A stretch of 64,000 nucleotides of DNA. It comes from Nemertoderma westbladi (lineage: Eukaryota; Animalia; Xenacoelomorpha). Below, piece by piece: positions 21,792 to 33,759 of this stretch. The DNA lies in assembly GCA_032718475.1 (NCBI GenBank), contig JAUCBJ010007417.1, positions 36,373 to 100,372 on the forward strand, given 5' to 3'. The number at the start of each line of letters is the position of its first letter. Positions within the stretch are counted from its first letter, which is position 1. The notes under the pieces were generated by a model. The model did no database searches. It was not told where the DNA came from and saw only the letters and a program-made list of their open reading frames with translations. The position numbers were made by a program, and so were the translations under genes.

Positions 21792-24645
21792 TTATGGTTG
21801 TGCTAAGGTTGATAAGGGTGGACAAAGTGTACATGAAAGACAGTGATAGCGGTCCGAGCATGAGTGCTGGCAGAATCGGCAGACGCAGTTCTGTGACAGC
21901 GGGTGAAAAAGAGTTTGATCGGTGCAGAGTTTAAAATGAAAACCATGGGAAGTTGTCCGAGTTACAACGTGTCGGTTTTTCTGGTTTTGGCGTTTCCATA
22001 TGTCCGAGGTGAAAGCGGGCCCGTTTATAAAACCTTCTTGGATGAAATTTAATTCGCGTTCCTCTCGGTGTACTCTGTATAATGAGATTGCGTTTCGATT
22101 GAAGGTATTTGGGTTGCGTTCTAGAATGCACTCGACAAACATTTGTTGATCAATAAGCTTTAGTGCCATAGTGGAAGATGCGGATTTGTGTAAGGCCAGC
22201 ATTGATTTAGCGAATGCTGATTTTATTTTATCTACTTCTTTTAAATGTGCCAGTGTAAAATAAGGACCGATTTCTGTGAACGCGTATGTTACCAAAGGGT
22301 CTATTTTAGAATTAAAAATTTTGATGGCAGTGTCAATTGATAATAAACGGAGGTGCTGTATTGAGCCAATAATTCCAAATGCCTTTATTTTCTTTAATTG
22401 AATATGCTGTGTGAATGATAATGAAGGCTGGAGAGTAATTCCTAGGTATTCGTATTTATTCTCGAGTTTGACTATATTATTTCCATATGTGAATTTGTCA
22501 TCTTTGCTGTATCGACCGCCCTTGCGAAATTTAATAATCTTTGTTTTCAATAAATTTACTTCCATACCGTTTAATTTACACCAGTTGGATATAACATCGA
22601 GAGCTGATTGGACGTCGCATCTGTTACTGGAGTATATCACCAAATCGTCTGCATAGAATATGAATTTGAGTAAGGCAGCTACATTTCTTAGTGCCGTTGC
22701 TAGGTCGGCAATGAATAAAATAAAGCAGGTGGGGCTCAGACAGTCCCCCTGTAAAATCCCTCGTAATTGTTCAATGAGGTTCGAGTAACGGAGACCATCA
22801 AAGATGCGGAAATAATTACATAACAATTCCTTTATTATGTCGAAGGTCTTTCCCCTCACACCTAAGTTGTAGAGCTTGTTTAGTAATACTTTACGGCTTA
22901 AAAGGTCAAACGCTTTCCGGAAATCAACAAATAATGCATATGTTATTCTTGATTGTCTAGTGGGCGAGTTAAAGGCTGTTGTAATGTCCTGAAGTAACTT
23001 CGATATAGCATGTATTGTAGATCGTTGAGGGACAAAACCAAACTGTTCGAGTGGAATGAAGTTAGCGAGAGCGCTGCGTATTCGCTTGTTAATAGTCGAC
23101 GTGAGAATTTTCAGAAGAACACACAGAAGAGCTATCCCGCGGTAGTTGTCGGGGTCCGTGATTTTTCCAGATTGAAGGCAATTTCCCAATATCAAAGCAG
23201 ACGTTATAGAGTAGAGTTATTAATGATAAAAGTTGTGGAATCCCCTGTTTTATGTGCTCATAGTATATGCCGTCATGTCCGCACGCCTTGTTGTTTGGTA
23301 GGTCGGTAATTGTCTCTAGAATTTCCGATTCTGTAAACTGTTCATTGAACCACTCGTCCAGCTCGCGTTCGGGATCAGATGAAACCGGGGTAGTAGCCAC
23401 TCCTTCAGGATCATTTGGAGTTCCTAGTAAGTCCGTAAAATGTTCCTCGAGCCGTGTAGCATCAATGGGAGCAATCGACGGTTTATGTTTCTGCTTGAAA
23501 AGGGACCAGGGAGTAATTTCGACGCGGACGATCAGATCCAATAGTTTATCATTGTCGTAGGCGTTTCGTTTATCCTTTACTAGAGATTTATATTGCTTCC
23601 GTAGACGCCAGAAGTGTGTGTTAGCGTCTGTAGAAACGTGACGAGACAACATAGCAGCCATTAATGTAGATTTTTGATTTCGGCATTCTTCGTCAAACCA
23701 TGGCTTCCCATGGGTTACTCGGGGGCGTATCAAATTGGAAGACCCGGTTATAGCATCATTTAGAAGTAGTGTGGCCGTGTTAATATCGCTATGAGTTACT
23801 AGATTTTCAAACACAAGTTGAAGATTCGCATGGTTAGAAAGTTTACCAGAATCAATTTTTCGTGTATATCGATGTGGCCTGCTGGGGATCTGAAGGTTTG
23901 AGTCTGTATTAAGATATATGTTTGCAGAGACTCTCTGATGTTTACGTATTGGACTGAGGTGGATTTGCAGCTGTGGTAGACAGCTTGGAGCCACCGAGGG
24001 GTAACGAATAAACACTAGATCTATTACACTTTCTCCCTGGGGTGAGATGTAGGTAGGAGCAGATGGATCATTTAAACAATAGAATCCGAGTTGATTTAAA
24101 TTATCTGATAAACATGCTCCACGGTTACCCTTATCCAATCGACAGTTGAAATCGCCTGACACCACTATAGGTTTACTGTAGTCAGCGAATGAGATTGCTC
24201 GGTTAATAGAGAGAGTTATATCTTCTAGCGCAGTATCAGGGTTAAAGTAAAACACACTAAAATATCCCGAATTTGTTTTAATTGCTATGTAATTCCGATC
24301 CAGAGACACGATAGATGGATTCAAACACGGTTTGCATAGAATAATTATACCTTCGGACGGCCGACCCCGGGTGCGTTTCAGCGCGGGTTGGATAAATGAG
24401 TAATAGTTTGGAAAATCAATTTCTGACTTACAATATAAAGTTTCGGTGAAGAGTAAAACATCTGCACTACTGCTTAGTTCATTGTCATCGACATTATCGC
24501 GAATAAACTGTAGGCCCTCAACATTCCAGAGAACAATGTTGAGGAGGCGCCCCGTACCTACTGGGGGTTGTGTTGTTGGGTTTGATTTGAGTCGTTGAGA
24601 TGAGAGTCCGAATGAATAAGTGCCATTTGTCCCGTAGGAGGCCAC
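21792..24645 (-). pseudogene. LINE ORF2 (endonuclease, RT, C-terminal Cys/His cluster) with one frameshifting deletion near 23165
   Basis: WNVEGL, FTET, SGDFN, SVIDL; NYRGIAL, QFGF, FVDFRKAFD, GILQG, FYADD, YEYLG; CRFC..DRYHCLSC. GKLPSIWK joins almost directly to DPDNYRG, lacking the usual intervening PIxKxG segment. Confidence 0.88.
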
Positions 24646-25367
24646 ATTTGGTTGCCGAGATCCCCGTTCTCTCGCGGTCTGACTCCATACCGAGCACGTT
24701 CGTCACCGCGTAATTGATAGTTTCGGATGGTTATTCCGCTATCCCAAAGTAGGGGATCCATGATTCGATCGCGATCGGACTGGTTGCACACAATGTGAAA
24801 GCTATTAAACGTTGGGTTTTCCATTCTCGACGTTACAGGGTTGACTTCACTAAAGGGTACTCCTTCAGCGGTTAGATACGATGTGATATCTTCAGCAGTT
24901 GTTGACGGTACTAGTCTGCCGATATGTATGTGGGCATTACGTGGGGGTGATGGTGCTGCGCGAAGAGGGCCTCCGACCTTAACGCCGCGAGCGACTGGCG
25001 CGGTGCCCGGGGGTCTATAATATCGAGGAGGTCCTGGAGGGGGGGCAGATGTTTGTGTACCGGGTGGGAGTCCCTGAGTGTTACCGGTAGGCCTTGCAGC
25101 ATCAGCATATGAAACCGAGGTACTGGTAGGTGGGGGCGGGGTAACGGATCTGGAAGACTGGAGCTTTATCAGGTTGTCTTTCGAGGATATCGATTCCTGT
25201 TGAGCATTTGCGAGCCTACCCAAACAGGAGGTGAACATGGCCGACATGTCCATCAGTTTATCCGTTACTAGTTTCTCATCTTCATTAGATACACTCTTTT
25301 TCAATTTGGCATTCCTGAATAGTCTGAGGATTTCTTCTTGGTGCGCGCTAAATTTATCCGGATCCAT
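24558..25367 (-). CDS. LINE ORF1 protein (helical N-terminus, SYADAA motif, Pro-rich linker, RRM-like C-terminal domain)
   Basis: 269-aa ATG-initiated ORF immediately upstream of and overlapping ORF2; HIHIGRLVPSTTAEDITSYL...FNSFHI...LWDSGITIRNY resembles LINE ORF1 RRM domains. Confidence 0.75.
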   Translation of the reverse strand: MDPDKFSAHQEEILRLFRNAKLKKSVSNEDEKLVTDKLMDMSAMFTSCLGRLANAQQESISSKDNLIKLQSSRSVTPPPPTSTSVSYADAARPTGNTQGLPPGTQTSAPPPGPPRYYRPPGTAPVARGVKVGGPLRAAPSPPRNAHIHIGRLVPSTTAEDITSYLTAEGVPFSEVNPVTSRMENPTFNSFHIVCNQSDRDRIMDPLLWDSGITIRNYQLRGDERARYGVRPRENGDLGNQMWPPTGQMALIHSDSHLNDSNQTQQHNPQ

Positions 25368-25607
25368 AAGAAGATCAGCAGTACAGCAGTGAGTCAGTCA
25401 CACAGCAGTACCAAGCGTACAGTCTTACAGTCCCAGTTGGACAAGTAGGCAATGTCAAAGGTTGTATGTGTGCTGTGTATTTAATAGTTAATAGACACCT
25501 TAATAATTTGTCTATGTCGTGGGAACGTGACCTCTCTGGTAGAGCGGCTCTGTAGACAATTATATATATCATATCATATCATATCATATATGATATGATA
25601 TGATATA

Positions 25608-26736
25608 CAGTTGTGTTCTCAATTAAAGTCCATTCTTCAATCTGTTCAATCTGTTCAATTTCCTCAATCTGTAAAACTCTTTCATGGCACCGCAAGTTTC
25701 TAGCCTACTGAGTGATTGACAGACGGTCGTGGTTGGCTCCACAAAGTAAAGCTGTTTGTTGATTTGACTGAGTAGATTAATGCAGGGTTCAGATAAATTA
25801 TGGGGCACTTGCAAGCCAATAAAGTAAATGTATTTTAGTAAGCATTATTTACAGTATATTACAAATTAAATGTTTACTAACTGATTACATTTAACATGGT
25901 ATAGCAAATAAATGTACTATTTAAAAATAAAAACGTTTAAAATATCTAAAGCGGCTAAAGCGATAACGAACGGTTTTTCTAAACATAAACTATCTAAGGG
26001 ACATGCAGCACATTAAATATTGTATATAAGAGATTGCATTATAATGATCTAATGATTATGATTATATTTTTTCATTCCTTGTTGTGTTATTTGCATGCTT
26101 TTATTTGTATATTTAAATTAAATAATTGAATAATAATTAACATAAATATATTTAATTATAAACAATTATTTATTGAAAAATTATTTCTACAGAACAATAC
26201 ATTCTACCAAGCATTTTTCCAGGGGCTTATTCGTTTATTGTAATAATTAATGCAGGGAATAGTGCGGTTAGCCAAGTCAAATAATCTACAGTACATTGTA
26301 TAGACTGCAACTGGAAAGGAGGAATTTAACTACAGTATTCTACAGTACACTACCGCAATTCAGTAGAACACCACACACACACCAACTGTATTGTTACAGT
26401 GCCTGTCAATCAATCTAAGGCTTTGCGGGATCCCATTAGTAGCCTGGCCTATAGTTGTTTGATGCAGCCGCCATGCTCTTTGAGCTTAGTCTACCCGCCT
26501 AGCCGCCCTGCTCTTTATTCCCCTGCCCTATACTAACCCATGGCATATCTGCACAGAGGGATACTTCGGCTCTACATTTTCAATCTGTTAAATCTGATCA
26601 ATCTAGACAGAAAGTCTGGATTGAAGAAGTTGAACGTAGGTTCAATTTCATCAATCTAACTATTATTTTTCTACGAGAGTAGATTGATTCGGATTGATGC
26701 AGATTGAAGAATGGATTTTAATTGTGAACAAGACTG
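25608..26736. mobile_element. Non-autonomous Tc1/mariner-type element (MITE), ~1.13 kb
   Basis: TIRs CAGTTGTGTTCTCAATTAAAGTCCATTCTTCAATCTG and (reverse complement) CAGTCTTGTTCACAATTAAAATCCATTCTTCAATCTG, flanked by TA at 25606-25607 and 26737-26738; no transposase ORF. Confidence 0.82.
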
Positions 26737-26970
26737 TATATCTTATATATATATATCTTTGATATATATCATATCAAAGATATATATCAGATATATAACA
26801 ACTCCCCTTTCTTTCAGTTTAATGTCTGGACTATAGTTAATTATCCTATAATTTCCTTTCCTTTCCTTTCCTTTCGAGTTTAAAATATAACTTTCTTCTT
26901 ATTTAAAATGTTTCAATCACAATTAAACTTTTCCAGTTTAAAATATAACTTTCGTCCTAATCAAAATATT

Positions 26971-29900
26971 TCAATCATAATAGTCTTGAAATCGAACTTT
27001 CTTAACATTATTAGCGAGTCTCTCTGACCGACGTAGCGATGAAGGTTTCATATCACAGCTTATTGGAAAGTGGATAGAGGTTTCTTCCATCGATTCAGTT
27101 TCTTCCAATAAACGTTGTCGTAGAAATCGACGATTTCTCCAAAGTGTACGGCCTGAACGTAGTTTCACTCTGTAATCTCTATATTTCCCGACGGAAACGA
27201 TTTTGCCACTTCGATCCCACAATTTCGATTTAGGGTTTTGAATCCAAACTTCCATGTCAACCTTCAATGGTGTTAGATCGTGCGCTGTAGCATTATAATG
27301 TGATGCTACTTTATCTTCCAACTTTATTTGTTTGTCAACAAAATTGGCATGTTGTACCCACGTTTTCATAAAATTCGAATGATGTATTGGCAACCGAGTT
27401 CGAATATTATGGCCAAAGATCATCTCATTTGGTGATGCACCCGATGATCTCGGCGTATTGCGGTATTCCATCAGTGCTTCTTGGAATTGTTCATCGTCGA
27501 TATGTATGTTATCCATTTTCAGTAACATATTTTTAACAGTTTTAACCGTTGCCTCTGCGAGTCCATTCGCCTGCGGGTAATGTGGGCTACTTGCTTCCCA
27601 TTTTGCTTCCCACCGTGTTAGAAATTTATTAAAACTTCGAGCCATAAACTGCGGCCCCCCATCGGATTTAAATAATTTTGGAGCTCCTGTTAAGATGAAG
27701 AATTTTCTGACGACGAATTCCACTTGTGATGAATTTGGTACATGACTCCACTCGGCAAGGAGGGGATATCCAGAGAAACGATCAACATATACAATAAAGT
27801 GTCGTCCTGCGGCCTCAAACAGGTCAGCGGATACACTCTCGAATGGGTACTCAGGTTTGCGTTCGGTTTTTAATGTCTCCTTTGGTAGACTTTCTCGTCG
27901 AGTTTGACATTCATCGCATCGATTAATCATATCCACGATATCCTGATTCATCCCTGGCCAAAACACAGCCAAGCGTGCACGTTGTTTTGTTCTAGTACAC
28001 CCGAGATGAGAAGTATGTAAAATAGTCAATATATCCTGTTGTTTGGATGTGGGAATAACTATTCTAGAACCATAGAGTACCAAACCTCGTTCAATGGATA
28101 ACATATCTCTCAATGAATAAAATTTCTTTACATATGGTGAATAATTGTTTCTGTGGAATCCATTTTGAATTTCGTTTATTAAAGATTGATAATCATCATC
28201 TCTTTTACAAGAATCTCGAAGGTTCTCAAGTATAGGATCATTGATACTGTAATTTTCAGTTTCTTCCACATCATTATCACATGTACCTGTACCAGAAATA
28301 ATAGAGATCTGAACTCTATTTAATGAGAAGTATTCTTCGGAGTTCTCTTCAGGGTCGTCGATCGGAGCTCTGCTCAGACAATCAGCAATGCAGTTTTCAG
28401 AGCCTTTCCGCCATTCAACCGTAAAGCTATATGTAGACTGAAGCTCTGACTTAATTTTTTGTAATTTCACATTTTCAACTTGAACTAATGTTTGTTTATT
28501 GAATATACTCGTCAGTGGTCTATGATCAGTGACCACACGAAAGTGTTGCAACCCGGCAAGGTAAACTCGACATTTCTCTTTTGCATATTTAATGGATAAT
28601 GCTTCTAGTTCGACCATGGCATACCGACTTTCAGGGTCGGTTAGAAACCTGCTGCCACACGTAACTAAACGCCAGCCGTCGTTGTGCTTCTGTAACAAGT
28701 CATAGCCAAAGCCGTTCAGGCGGCTTGCATCACATTCTAGAATAACTTCTAATTTCGGGTTGAATATACTCAAAATCGGTGATTTTGTTAATAAGTCTTT
28801 CGTTTTATTAAATGCATTTCTATGGGTTTCTTCCCATAGAAAACAGTTTCTATTACTCAGAAGGTCGCGTAATGGTGTAGCGACTGAGCTTAATTCTGAG
28901 TTGAAACAGCCTAGTTGGTTTGCTAAGCCCATGAATGACCGTAAATCGCTTATATTGCATGGTTCTGGGAATTCTTTTATTGCGGCTATTTTCTTTGGGT
29001 CCACAGATATACCAGCATCGGACACAACATATCCAGCGAACTTTACAGACTTCTGTCCCAAAATAAATTTACTTTTATTCAGTGTAATGCCGTGAGTTCG
29101 ACATCGATCTAGCACTTCTCTAACTCGACAAATATTTTCTTCCAAGTTATTGCCTTCGATGATCACATCGTCAACGATCTTTCTGGTACCTTGTAAACCT
29201 TCCAAAGCTGCATCTGCACGAAGGTTATAATGGTCCCCGGCGGATATAAAACCCATTGGTGCGCGTGTATATCGGTATCTGCCCCATGGCGTTATAAATG
29301 TGGTAAGATCTCTGCAGTCTTCATGCAGCGCCACTTGCCAGTATCCTTTCTGGGCATCCAGGGTTGTAAAATACTTTGAAGTAGGACTAATTTCTGACAC
29401 TAAATCAAAAGGTGATGGTGCGTTATGAACTACGCGCTTCACTTCCGAGTTCAACCTCGTCAAATCGACTGTCATGCGTATGCCTCCTGAGGGTTTGGGC
29501 ACAATGACGCAGGGGTGACACCATTCTGTTGATCTGTCACCTATACGCTCAATTATTCCGGTTTTTTCCATATTTGCTAGCTCTCCTTTCACTTGTTCAC
29601 GATATGCGTACCGAACAGGGCGAGCCGCATACGTAATAAACGGTGTAGCATTATCTTTCAACTCAATTATCATCTTCTCACTATTCATAGGTTTCAATTC
29701 GTCCGATGACGCAAAAACATCTCTGTATTCATTGATCAACTTTTGTTTCAACTTATCCATATCAGTGAGGTCGTCTCGAACATTTGAAATTTTGCTAATA
29801 ATAAAATTATTTGAGTTTATTGGTTCTGGAAAGTTTTGGTGCACGATATTGAGGTTTTTACATGCGTTAAATGAAAGATATACCTCATCCTTTGGTACAT

Positions 29901-30190
29901 CGGAGCAGAATATTACCCGCTCAGTACATTCATTTATACCTATTTTTAGTTTCATATCAAAAGATCCTAAACTTGATAGTTTATTTCCATTAACAGATTG
30001 AAGATTTTCCTTCATTATTGACAGTTTATTTGTCCTTATACCAAGTTTCCTTAAGATTTGGGCTCCAGCAACAGTAGCCTGTGCACCTGTATCAGCAACT
30101 GTTTTAATACAACCTAGGTGGCTGTTTCCGGTTGTATAGAAATCAATTGAGATCGTTGGTTTCTCTAATTCATCTCTGTAAAAGCTTTTG
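26971..30190 (-). CDS. Gypsy Pol polyprotein (protease, RT, RNase H, integrase), frame intact
   Basis: The listed 1014-aa ORF has LDAQKGYWQ, PMG, IVDD, CDAS, TDHRPL, H..H/C..C, DLF..SDGGPQF..NGLAE. The same frame upstream of 30015 reads KTVADTGAQATV (aspartic protease, ~30070-30105). Confidence 0.92.
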
Positions 30191-31369
30191 TGGGATAACT
30201 GATTCGTTTGCCTTGCTGGCCAGTCCCCCCCCGGTCGCTAGAATACTCTAAAAAGGATCTATAGGTAAAATAGTGCAAGCTACCAGCTTATTGGCTGATG
30301 GGCTGTACGAAAGTATCTGGGTTCTGTTCGATCAGCCAACCAGCTTAGGGAGGTTGCCTTAGCCCTGCTGTCCGTATCGGCCAATAGAATTTGAGTGGGC
30401 GTTGATTTTGACCTATCCCAGAGCTACTGAACTGAATTTTCCTATCTCACTGCTCATCCTCTGTGTTGAACGGGAGCTTCGGGGAATAAGGGTAGTTGGT
30501 ATCCTCGTATAGTTAGGTAGTCATATGATTTTATATGATTCTGTTGTTGTGTTCCCATTTTTCGCCATAACACCAGCTTTTTGGGAAGAACTCTAGTAAA
30601 ACTGCTTAAATTATCGAAAGTATAACTGTTATCCGATCAATCCGACCTAATTACTTATCTGATCTAATTAACTCACTATTAATCATATTGTTTGTACTGT
30701 TATTTACCGTCAGTTATTAATTGTATCTATTTGTTGATGGAAATATTGCTCTTTGGAGAATACTGATAAATCACCCAAATTTCCCAATTTTCTTGATACA
30801 CTACAGGTTAGAGAGACAGGCTATATATAACAATTGCGATTTATATTAATGTGGTGTGTATTGAATCTAATGTTATTTAGCAGACCCTACATGAGTCAAT
30901 TGCTGCTCTCTTTATGTGTGATCAAATTTACTGACGGTCGGCAGAATAGTGTGCATGATTGTGATTGGTAACAAAGCATTTCCTAAAGAATGCGCCTTAT
31001 ACTTTAATCATAAGCAGTATCGTTGCGTTTAGTATAAGTCCTAGTTCTGTTTAAATAGATAGAGCGCCACGTCCTAAAGGAACTGTTAATATTTCCCGAA
31101 AGCCAATAATATCTGTCAGAAATTAATTATTAACGATCTATCGAATAATACAGTAGGTTTACATTGCAACCTTACACTGCAATAATAATAATTTAAGCAT
31201 CCGAATTCAGCCTCCCGGGTGTAGATCCATCGGGTGAATGATCGCGCATGGGCTGGCTTCGGTTAATGTTTTGTTTATTAGCATAAAATATTGTCGTATG
31301 CTAAAGGTGTTTTAATTAACTAAAAGACATATAAATTTTGGCAGGTTAAACTGCTAAAGGTCTTCAAAA

Positions 31370-32445
31370 GCGCGAACAATAACAGTTATTCTTTGTATTG
31401 CAGTGTAGGCATTAAATACAGTTTAATATTGTTCTGGTACGAACAATAACAGTTAATCTTTGTATTGCAGTGTAGGCATTAAATACCGTTTAATATTGTT
31501 CTGGTAAGAACAATAACAGTTAGAGATCTTATTGCAGTAGGCAATAAGGTTGCAAGATACCGTAGTAACCGGTACTTCTGTAGGTCAGTAGGCCCAACTG
31601 CCAGAACCGGTACTGCTGTAGGTCCGTAGGTCCAACTGTCAGAACCGGTACTTCTGTAGGTCTGTAGGCCCAACTGTCCTAACCGGTACTGCTGTATAAG
31701 TACATTAGTATTATTCGATTTTGATTATTGTATACCGGTAGGTCTTGGTACTTAATCAGGGAACGGCCGCCCTGATTTTTATTTGAGATTCTACTTATTT
31801 CTGTCGGTTTTATTTACTAGTAGGCTAATATTGTGCAGAAGGCGTGTGACCCTGCTCAGATTGTTCAGATAATTGTAGGCTGAACTGCTGTCTGACTGTT
31901 GTTGGGTTTGGAGAGATTACGGCGTGTGTAGAGTTTGTCTGATAAAGTGCCGTTAGTAAGTTGGGGCAGCCATATGCTGTAAGGTCAATCCCCTCTTAAA
32001 GAATAAGTCGTACTACCGTGTTAGAACGCATACTAACTAACTGTTTCAGAATCTGCATATACTGTAGTTTATTTAGGCTTGATCGTAGTCTGCCAGTGTT
32101 TTAGCCTGTGTTTGTTTGTGTGGTCTGTTCAGGTACCGTAATAGTTATTACTCAGATATTTTGTAGGCTGGATTGTTGTCTAGCTATTATTAGGTCTGAA
32201 GAGATTGCTGTGTGTGTGGAGTTGGTCTGATAAAGTGCTGTTAGTAAGTTGGGGCAGCCATCTGCTGTAAGGTCAATCCCCTCTTAAAGAATAAGTCGTA
32301 CTACCGTGTTAGAACGCATACTAACTAACCATTTCAGAATCTACACGTACGGTAGTTTATTTAGGCTTGGTGGTAGTCTGCCAGCGTTTGGTTTGTATTT
32401 TGTTTGAGTATTCTGTACGGGTAGCGTAATATTTACTATTCAGAG
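31370..32445 (+). repeat. Internal tandem duplications in the putative Bel/Pao leader (~69 bp x2-3, ~38 bp x3-4, ~288 bp x2)
   Basis: GAACAATAACAGTTA units at 31374/31441/31508; AACCGGTACT units 31567-31695; identical GTAAGGTCAATCCCCTCTTAAAGAATAAGTCG... block at ~31979 and ~32267. Confidence 0.75.
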
Positions 32446-33759
32446 TTTATGCGATTATTCGCAACATTCATGTCCCCAAGTTTATTCCTACAGTAATTGT
32501 GTTTGTTACACATACCGTTATAGTTAAATTAACCCCGGTACTACACGGGCTGCTTGGCGTAGGACAAGACTGGTGACTTTGTGCTTCGGTCACTCCAGCA
32601 GATGCCGTGGTTCTTTTAACTGTTCAAGTATATTTAACTACTGATTATTTGTTATACCGGTACTTGTACCTAATTTAGGGTTTAGTGTACAGTGCTTTCC
32701 GAAGTAATTAGTGTGTAGGCAGTATATTTGTGTTGTAAAGTGGTTGATAGGCACATTCGTTAGCTCTATTAACTTCTAGGTAGGAACACTCCGTGATACA
32801 TAACGTAGTACCTATAGCGATACGGTTATAGGTCGTCAGGCGGTGGTATTTTCCTATCTGGACAGTACAGTATATTTACTACTACTTATTATTTCAAATA
32901 CCGTAGTACCCTGTCCATTGTAATAACCAGAAATCTAACCCTTTGTTAGGCTGGTTTGTAGACTTCCTGTAAAATTACCCTAAAAATTTCGTACGTAATA
33001 TTTTTGTTGTGTTTAATTAGAGATTTAATCTCACCCATATCGTAAGTAATTTGTAGTATTAAGTAACTTAGGTAAATTAGAATTATCAGTTTTAGTGTCT
33101 CAATAAGTAACACTTCACTGAGAGCGCACAGCTTCTGTGTAGAGACTCCCCCAGAAATAATAACATTTATTTCAAATATTGACAAAACCCCTTTTAAACG
33201 GGTATATATCTATTATAAATCAACTCAAACGATTTATAAATAGTAGGCCTGCCATACAACAACTAGGTCTCAATATCAGTTGAACTACTGCTTAAATAAC
33301 GGTAATAAAGTAAGTTAAAGTAACCAAGTAACCCTAAAATATTCAGAAATTCAATTATTCTAAAATAATTGACATACCGGTATTTACCATAGGCTTATTA
33401 TATTTATTTCTATAAATTTGAGCTGAAATCATACCGGTACTCTGTACTTAATTCTAGTTTGTAATAATTATATTTATATATACTATAAGTGTCAGCTGTA
33501 TACCGGTATTCACGATAGGCCTATTATATATTTATATATATTTGTGCTAAAATTATATACCGGTACTCTGTGGCAAATCTAGTCTGTGATAATACTTATA
33601 TATATTATAAGCATACCGGTATTCTAATATATTGTATATATATCACGTTACACCGAGTAACGGTATCGGTAATAAATCGCTAGGCTTGCGGTCATACTGA
33701 ATTACCAGACTTGCTTTAACTGAAACTATAGTAGTAGACATTCAACTGTATAGCTAAAC

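Larger units (their letters stand above)
21636..25559 (-). mobile_element. Near full-length two-ORF LINE (APE-RT) with poly(A) tail, inserted in a (TA)n tract
   Basis: ORF1 24558-25367 and ORF2 21792-24645, T-run at 21636-21648 on the + strand, and ATATATAT on both flanks. Confidence 0.88.
21430..30200 (-). mobile_element. Ty3/Gypsy LTR retrotransposon, 5'-truncated (gag and 5' LTR not seen); 3' LTR about 21430-26800 split by two nested insertions
   Basis: Pol in PR-RT-RH-IN order. The minus-strand polypurine tract GAAAGAAAGGGGGAG (~26802-26816) is followed by TGT at 26800. The inferred LTR end ...CATAACA is at 21430. The LTR extent is inference; pol is directly seen. Confidence 0.75.
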
